This document shows positions 58,846 to 64,000 of a stretch of DNA of 64,000 nt, piece after piece (position 1 is the stretch's first letter; each line of letters opens with the position of its first letter). Source of the stretch: an uncultured Thioalkalivibrio sp. GTDB taxonomy: Bacteria > Pseudomonadota > Gammaproteobacteria > Steroidobacterales > XN24. The translations under genes and the position numbers were made by a program. The DNA is taken from the NCBI GenBank assembly GCA_964462675.1, contig CAYWYS010000002.1, positions 42,110 to 106,109 of the forward strand, read 5' to 3'. The notes beneath the pieces were generated by a model. It worked only from the letters and a program-made list of their open reading frames with translations, ran no database searches and was not told the origin of the DNA.

Positions 58846-59613
58846 TTGTTGCTTGCCTGGCTCGGCGCCCTCGCGATCGGCATCAGCCTCGGCATGCTCG
58901 GCTCCGGCGGCTCTGTGCTGACCGTGCCGGTGCTCGTCTACCTGGTCGGGCAGGAAGAAAAGGTGGCGATCGCCGGCTCACTGTTCGTCGTCGGCTCGAT
59001 CGCCCTGGCCGGCAGCATCTCGTACCTCAGGCACCGGATGGTCGACTGGCGCAGCGCGGCCATGTTCGGCGTGCCGGGGATGGCCGGCACCTGGCTCGGA
59101 GCGCTGCTCGCGACCTGGGTGTCGGGCGCCGCGCAGCTTTTGATGTTTGCCGGCGTCATGGTTGTCGCCGGGCTGCTGATGCTGCGGCCGCTGCCGCTGG
59201 CGCCGGGCGAACGCCGCCCGCGCCGCCCGGCGCTGATCGTCCTCGATGGACTGGTCGTAGGCGTCGTGACCGGGCTCGTGGGCGTCGGCGGCGGGTTCCT
59301 GATCGTCCCGGCGCTGGTGCTGCTCAGCGGCATGGCGGTGCACCGGGCTGTGGCCACGAGCCTGGTGATCATCGCGGCCAAGTCGTTCACCGGCTTCGCC
59401 AAGTACCTGGACGTGCTGGAGGGCCAGGGCCTGCAGCTCGACTGGCCCACCCTCGGCATCGTCACGCTGCTCGGCATCGCCGGGAGCGTTGCGGGCGCGC
59501 GCGCCGCTCGGAAGCTTCCGCAAGCCGCGCTGCGGCGCGGCTTCGCGGTGCTCGTGCTCGCGATGGCCGTCGTCATCGCGCTGCGCACCGCGCCGTCGCT
59601 GCTGGGAAGCTGA
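58846..59613 (+). CDS. TauE/SafE sulfite exporter family protein
   Basis: 'LGMLGSGGSVLTVP', 'GLVGVGGGFLIVPAL', 'AVATSL'; TTG start after GGAG. Confidence 0.9.
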   Translation: MLLAWLGALAIGISLGMLGSGGSVLTVPVLVYLVGQEEKVAIAGSLFVVGSIALAGSISYLRHRMVDWRSAAMFGVPGMAGTWLGALLATWVSGAAQLLMFAGVMVVAGLLMLRPLPLAPGERRPRRPALIVLDGLVVGVVTGLVGVGGGFLIVPALVLLSGMAVHRAVATSLVIIAAKSFTGFAKYLDVLEGQGLQLDWPTLGIVTLLGIAGSVAGARAARKLPQAALRRGFAVLVLAMAVVIALRTAPSLLGS

Positions 59614-59614
59614 G

Positions 59615-60688
59615 CTACTCGGCGACGGTCACGCTGCCTGGCACGCCTTGCCGCGGCCAGGCCCTGAGGATCGCCTGGATGACCGTCGCCAGCGGAATCG
59701 CAAAAAATATGCCCCAGAATCCCCACAGCCCGCCAAACAGCAGGATCGCCGCAATGATGGCGACCGGATGAAGATCCACCACTTCGCTGAACAGGACGGG
59801 CACCAGCAGATTGCCGTCGAGGAACTGGATGACCCCGTAGGCCAGCATCACGTACCAGAACTGCGGCGCCATCCCGAACTGGAAATATGCGACCAGCGCC
59901 ACCGGCAGCGTCACGACGGTGGCCCCGACATACGGAATCAGCACGGACACGCCGGTCAGCGCCGCCAGCAGCACCGCGAACTGCAGGCCGAGGAAGCGGA
60001 ACGCGATCCACGCAACGATGCCGACGATCAGGATCTCGATGAACTTGCCTTGCACGTAGTTGCCGGTCTGGCGATCGACCTCGACCCAGACTTCGTGCGT
60101 CAGGCGGCGGTCTTCCGGCAGGAATCCGGCCAGCCACCGGATCAGCAAATCCTTGTCCTTCAGCATGAAGAACACCAGGATCGGCACCAGCACGAGGTAG
60201 ATCAGCACCGTGAACAGCGTCATCAGCGAGGCGACCGAGAAGCCCAGCAGTTGCTGGCCGAAGCGGATCAGCTCGCTGTTGAAACTGGCGAAAATCTCGC
60301 GGATCTGCTGCTCCGAGACAAAGGCCGGATACTTCGAGGGCAACTGCAGCAGGGACTGCTGGACCACGCCCACCATCGACGGGATCTGCTGGAACAGCTG
60401 GGCCATCTGGCGCGTCAGCAGCGGCAGCAGCCAGAAGAAACAGGCCAGCAGGATCGCCAGGAACAGGAAAAACACCAGCAGCACGGCGGCGAGATGCGGC
60501 ACGCCGCGCCGGCGCAGGCGGGTCGCCAGGCCGTCCAGCAGGTAGGCGATCACCAGCGAGGCCAGCAACGGCGCCAGCATCTGCCCGAACATCCACACCG
60601 ACACCGCCAATAACAGGACGATCAGCGTGAGGGCGACGACCTGCGGGTCATTCAGGTGCCGCCGAAGCCATGCGAGCACGGCATCCAT
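59615..60688 (-). CDS. AI-2E (PerM) family transporter
   Basis: 'LAPLLASLVIAYLL', 'LIPYVGA', 'QFLDGNLLVP.LFSE.V.LHPV'. Confidence 0.92.
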   Translation of the reverse strand: MDAVLAWLRRHLNDPQVVALTLIVLLLAVSVWMFGQMLAPLLASLVIAYLLDGLATRLRRRGVPHLAAVLLVFFLFLAILLACFFWLLPLLTRQMAQLFQQIPSMVGVVQQSLLQLPSKYPAFVSEQQIREIFASFNSELIRFGQQLLGFSVASLMTLFTVLIYLVLVPILVFFMLKDKDLLIRWLAGFLPEDRRLTHEVWVEVDRQTGNYVQGKFIEILIVGIVAWIAFRFLGLQFAVLLAALTGVSVLIPYVGATVVTLPVALVAYFQFGMAPQFWYVMLAYGVIQFLDGNLLVPVLFSEVVDLHPVAIIAAILLFGGLWGFWGIFFAIPLATVIQAILRAWPRQGVPGSVTVAE

Positions 60689-60822
60689 AGTTCACAGCCC
60701 CATCCGTTTTTGCGCGCCAAGGATAGCAGTTTGCGGCATGGCGGGCCGCGACGGTTGTCCCGTGCCGGCCGGTCTGTGAGAATCCGGCGCAGACCGGGTG
60801 CACCGCGCAGGAGAAACAGACC

Positions 60823-61143
60823 GTGAGATGGCTACGTCGGGAGGCTCTCCTGCTGGCGATTTTCGGCGGCTTCGGCCTGTTGGTCCTGCCCGCGCTCGTC
60901 TACCTCGTCGGCGAGCAGCTGCTCGGCGAGTATCGCCCGGATGGCGGCATGGGCACGTTCTACGCCGACCTGTACGGTCATCTCGCGGGGCTTTCGGGGC
61001 TGGCCTGGATGCTGGTGCTTGGCCCCTGGTTCGCGATCCTGCTGCTGCGGCTGCTCTGGCTCCCGCTGCGGCAGATCAATCGCCGGCGTTCCGCCCGTCA
61101 TACAGAGGAAGCCGACGAGGAGGCGGCGCCGCGCGCCATTTGA
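60823..61143 (+). CDS. Small hypothetical membrane protein
   Basis: ATG start, 2-3 hydrophobic segments; fills the gap upstream of the DUF1232 gene. Confidence 0.7.
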   Translation: MRWLRREALLLAIFGGFGLLVLPALVYLVGEQLLGEYRPDGGMGTFYADLYGHLAGLSGLAWMLVLGPWFAILLLRLLWLPLRQINRRRSARHTEEADEEAAPRAI

Positions 61144-61200
61144 CGCTACCGTGGGCGCGTCGTACTCTCGCGCTGCGCACGTTCAAGGAGCCCCGAAGCC

Positions 61201-61791
61201 ATGTCCCTCAAGGTCACGTTCGAGCTGGCGGATGCCGATCTCGATCACTTCCGGAAAGTCATGCGGCAGGCCCGCGATGTCGCCAAGCAGATTGGCCCCG
61301 ACGAAGTGCTGGCCGCGGCCGAGGCCCTGCTGGTGCGGGTCAAGGCCAGCGAGGTCCCGGAATTCATCGGGGACCGGCTGGCACGCATCAGGACCCTGAT
61401 CGACATGGTGCGGGACGCCGAGTGGCAATTGCCCGCTGCCGAGGCGGGCCGGGTGCTGAACGCCCTCGCCTACTTCTCCGAGCCGGACGACATGATTCCC
61501 GACAGCGTTCCGGGCCTCGGCTTCCTCGACGACGCCATCATGGTCGAGCTGGTCGTGCGCGAGCTCCGTCACGAGATCGATGCCTACCAGGACTTCTGTG
61601 CCTATCGCAGCACCCAGGAGACCTCGCATCGCCGCGCCGGGCAGACCGACGATCCGGTGACGCGGGCCGAGTGGCTGACGGCGCGCCGCAAGGCCCTGCA
61701 GTCGAGGATGCGCAACCGGCGGCATCGCGAGCGTGATCGCCGCGGCGGCGGCGCGGGCGGTGGCGGCCGCTCGCCGTTCTCGCTGTTCTGA
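61201..61791 (+). CDS. YkvA/DUF1232 family protein
   Basis: 'ALAYFSEPDDMIPDSVPGLGFLDDAI'; Arg/Gly-rich tail. Confidence 0.88.
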   Translation: MSLKVTFELADADLDHFRKVMRQARDVAKQIGPDEVLAAAEALLVRVKASEVPEFIGDRLARIRTLIDMVRDAEWQLPAAEAGRVLNALAYFSEPDDMIPDSVPGLGFLDDAIMVELVVRELRHEIDAYQDFCAYRSTQETSHRRAGQTDDPVTRAEWLTARRKALQSRMRNRRHRERDRRGGGAGGGGRSPFSLF

Positions 61792-61797
61792 TTGCGG

Positions 61798-62037
61798 CTA
61801 GCGCGGCCGCCGGCCGCGACGACTCACTTCCCACGCAACCCAGGAACTTGCCGGGGCTTCCTCGTCGAGCTCGATGCGTGCCACGGCCGGCCGGCTGGCC
61901 CGCAGGCCGTAGGCGGCCAACGGCGACGGGGCAAGCCACCTGGCCGGCAGCAACGGCCTGAGGCGCCGGCGCAGCTCGCCGATGAAGCCGCCTGCCTCGT
62001 GCATCGCTTCGCGCTCCCGCGGCGAACTGCGCCTCAT
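61798..62037 (-). CDS. Small hypothetical protein
   Basis: The ATG overlaps the upstream stop (ATGA); 79 aa; no motif recognised. Confidence 0.5.
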   Translation of the reverse strand: MRRSSPREREAMHEAGGFIGELRRRLRPLLPARWLAPSPLAAYGLRASRPAVARIELDEEAPASSWVAWEVSRRGRRPR

Positions 62038-62318
62038 GGCAGATAAAACAGCACGATCAGGCCAAGAACGGACCACATGCCCGCCTGCGAGACCCAGCGC
62101 CACCGGAGCTGTTTCACCAGGCTGATGAAACTGGCGGCGGAAATTGCTGTCATAGCGAGGAAGATGAGCGTGTGGGTCACCAGCGCGCCGAATTCGGTCG
62201 ACAGCTGGGGGTGTCTGCCCGACAACAGGACAAAGATCAGCAGCACGACGGCAAGCCCGGCCGCGATGGATGCGGCCGAGCCGAGCAGGATGCCAGTGAG
62301 GACCGTCAGTGGCTGCAT
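62034..62318 (-). CDS. Small 3-TM hypothetical membrane protein
   Basis: ATG start, three hydrophobic helices. Confidence 0.7.
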   Translation of the reverse strand: MQPLTVLTGILLGSAASIAAGLAVVLLIFVLLSGRHPQLSTEFGALVTHTLIFLAMTAISAASFISLVKQLRWRWVSQAGMWSVLGLIVLFYLP

Positions 62319-62423
62319 TATGTCGTTTCCCGCCTCCGGTGGCGCTTGCCTGGCGCGCCGGGGGCCTCTAGCCTAGGCCAAAGGCTCGCCAACCTTCGGC
62401 ACCATGGTCTTGATGACGGAGTG

Positions 62424-64000
62424 ATGATGCGAATTGTAGTGAGTTCGGCCTTCTCCCGGGTAGTCGTGCTGTTCGCGGCGCTGCTGGTTGTCGGATTGGC
62501 CGGCGCAAAGCCGTCCACCGCCCCGGAAATCCTCGCCCCGTCGGACCGGCACGCCAAGATCGGGCGCCTCGTGACAACGCTGTTCGAGCGCTCGCACTAT
62601 CGGCGCATGCCGGTCGATGACTCGACCTCCTCGCAGATGCTCGATGCCTACCTGGAGGCGCTCGACGGCGGCCGGCAATACTTCCTCGCCACCGATATCG
62701 CCGAGTTCGAGGCATGGCGCACCGAACTCGACGACGCGGTCAAGCGCGGCCGGCTCGACCCGGTATTCGAGATCTACATCCGCTTCGTGGAGCGCGCCCG
62801 CGAGCGGCTGTCGTTCGCCCTGGCGCAGCTGGACCACGAACCCGACTTCACGTGCGATGAGGAGTTCCTGTTCGATCGCACCGGGGCGCCCTGGCCGGCC
62901 TCCGTCGCGGAGCTCGACGACCTGTGGCGCCAGCGCATCAAGAACGACGCAATCGGCCTGATGCTGACGGACAAGAGCTGGGATGAGACCCGCGAGATCC
63001 TTCGCGGTCGTTACCAGCAGGTTTTGAAGCGGCTCGACCAGACCAAGAGCGACGACGTATTCGAGACCTTCATGAACGCCTACGCGAACACCATGGATCC
63101 GCACACGAGCTACTACTCGCCGCGCAATTCGGAGGAGTACCGGATCCAGATGAGCCTTAATTACGACGGCATAGGCGCAACGCTGCAGATGCAGGACGAA
63201 TACGTCTCGGTCATCAATGTCATCGAGGGCGGCCCGGCGGCCGTGGATGGCACCTTGCGTCCCAAGGACCGCATCGTCGGCGTCGGCCAGGGCGAGGACG
63301 GCGAGATCATCGATGTCGTCGGCTGGCGCCTCGACGAGGTCGTCGACATGATTCGCGGCCCCGGCGGCTCGACGGTGCGACTGCAGGTGCTGCCGGCCGG
63401 CGGGGCCCCGGACAGCGCCCCGCGCGTCATCGCGCTGATCCGCGACAAGGTCAAGCTCGAGGCCCAGGCGGCCCGCAAGGAACGTCTCGAGGTGCAGCGC
63501 GGGGATCGTGTGCACCACATCGGCGTCATCACCGTGCCGTCCTTCTACCAGGACTACAACGCGCGCGCGTCCGGCGCGCGCGAGTACATCAGCACCACGG
63601 CGGACGTGCGGCGCCTGACGCTGGAACTGCTCGAGGAAGGCATCGACGGGCTCGTGCTGGACCTGCGCAACAATGGCGGCGGGCACCTCTCCGAGGCGAC
63701 CGCGCTGACCGGATTGTTCGTGCCCAAGGGGCCGGTGGTCCAGCTGCGCGATACCAGCGGTCGCGTGGAAGTTCTCGAGGAACCGCTCTCGGAGCCGGTG
63801 TTCAACGGCCCGCTGGCGGTGCTCGTCAATCGCTTCAGCGCCTCCGCATCGGAAATCTTCGCCGCCGCGATCCAGGATTACGGCCGCGGTGTCGTCATCG
63901 GGCAGCAGACCTATGGCAAAGGCACGGTCCAGAACCTCTACCCGCTCGACCGATACGCGCCCGGCGCCGATCCGCGCTTCGGCCAGCTGACGCTGACCAT
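62424..64000 (+). CDS. prc: Tail-specific (C-terminal processing) protease, S41 family; runs off the right edge and is absent from the ORF track
   Basis: Manual translation gives a signal peptide, 'MDPHTSYYSPR', PDZ 'GIGATLQ', 'LVLDLRNNGGG', catalytic 'SASASEIFA', 'TYGKGTVQ'. Confidence 0.93.
   Translation, partial: MMRIVVSSAFSRVVVLFAALLVVGLAGAKPSTAPEILAPSDRHAKIGRLVTTLFERSHYRRMPVDDSTSSQMLDAYLEALDGGRQYFLATDIAEFEAWRTELDDAVKRGRLDPVFEIYIRFVERARERLSFALAQLDHEPDFTCDEEFLFDRTGAPWPASVAELDDLWRQRIKNDAIGLMLTDKSWDETREILRGRYQQVLKRLDQTKSDDVFETFMNAYANTMDPHTSYYSPRNSEEYRIQMSLNYDGIGATLQMQDEYVSVINVIEGGPAAVDGTLRPKDRIVGVGQGEDGEIIDVVGWRLDEVVDMIRGPGGSTVRLQVLPAGGAPDSAPRVIALIRDKVKLEAQAARKERLEVQRGDRVHHIGVITVPSFYQDYNARASGAREYISTTADVRRLTLELLEEGIDGLVLDLRNNGGGHLSEATALTGLFVPKGPVVQLRDTSGRVEVLEEPLSEPVFNGPLAVLVNRFSASASEIFAAAIQDYGRGVVIGQQTYGKGTVQNLYPLDRYAPGADPRFGQLTLT

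Overview
A 64 kb, very GC-rich bacterial chromosomal window, probably proteobacterial, with about 60 coding regions. I saw no rRNA, tRNA, CRISPR array, integrase or transposase. From left to right it contains: (1) a DGC-BON-cardiolipin synthase run; the cls gene runs off the left edge and is missing from the ORF track; (2) an MFS transporter, a fasciclin, a ~980 aa secreted orphan, a DUF481 barrel, and a PsiE / stand-alone Hen1-like methyltransferase / MAPEG trio; (3) a 13.1-18.9 kb stretch of broken genes: an internally deleted OmpR regulator, a PAS/CysK/ferritin-like chimera, and an AcrA-AcrB-TetR operon reduced to a nonsense allele plus fragments behind an intact sigma70 promoter and operator; (4) an S9 peptidase and exported MsrB/MsrA; (5) a TonB heme-type receptor 18 nt upstream of a lipoprotein NirS with an extra fused cytochrome c, with no heme d1 biosynthesis genes in view (best candidate for a new system: cofactor scavenging); (6) a P-type ATPase and MscS; (7) a 10 kb minus-strand run: MscS, OPT, a Cys-less L,D-transpeptidase, WS/DGAT, a hydrolase, a thioesterase, an AttH-like protein and a RoxA-like diheme lipoprotein; (8) a complete group 1e-type [NiFe] hydrogenase locus (hynD-hupH-hynS-isp1-isp2-hynL, with divergent hypCABDFE); (9) DUF62, an EF-G paralog, a CBS gene behind an FNR-like box, ExeA-FHA, small housekeeping genes, and prc running off the right edge. 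All family calls come from motif recognition by eye; no database searches were run.
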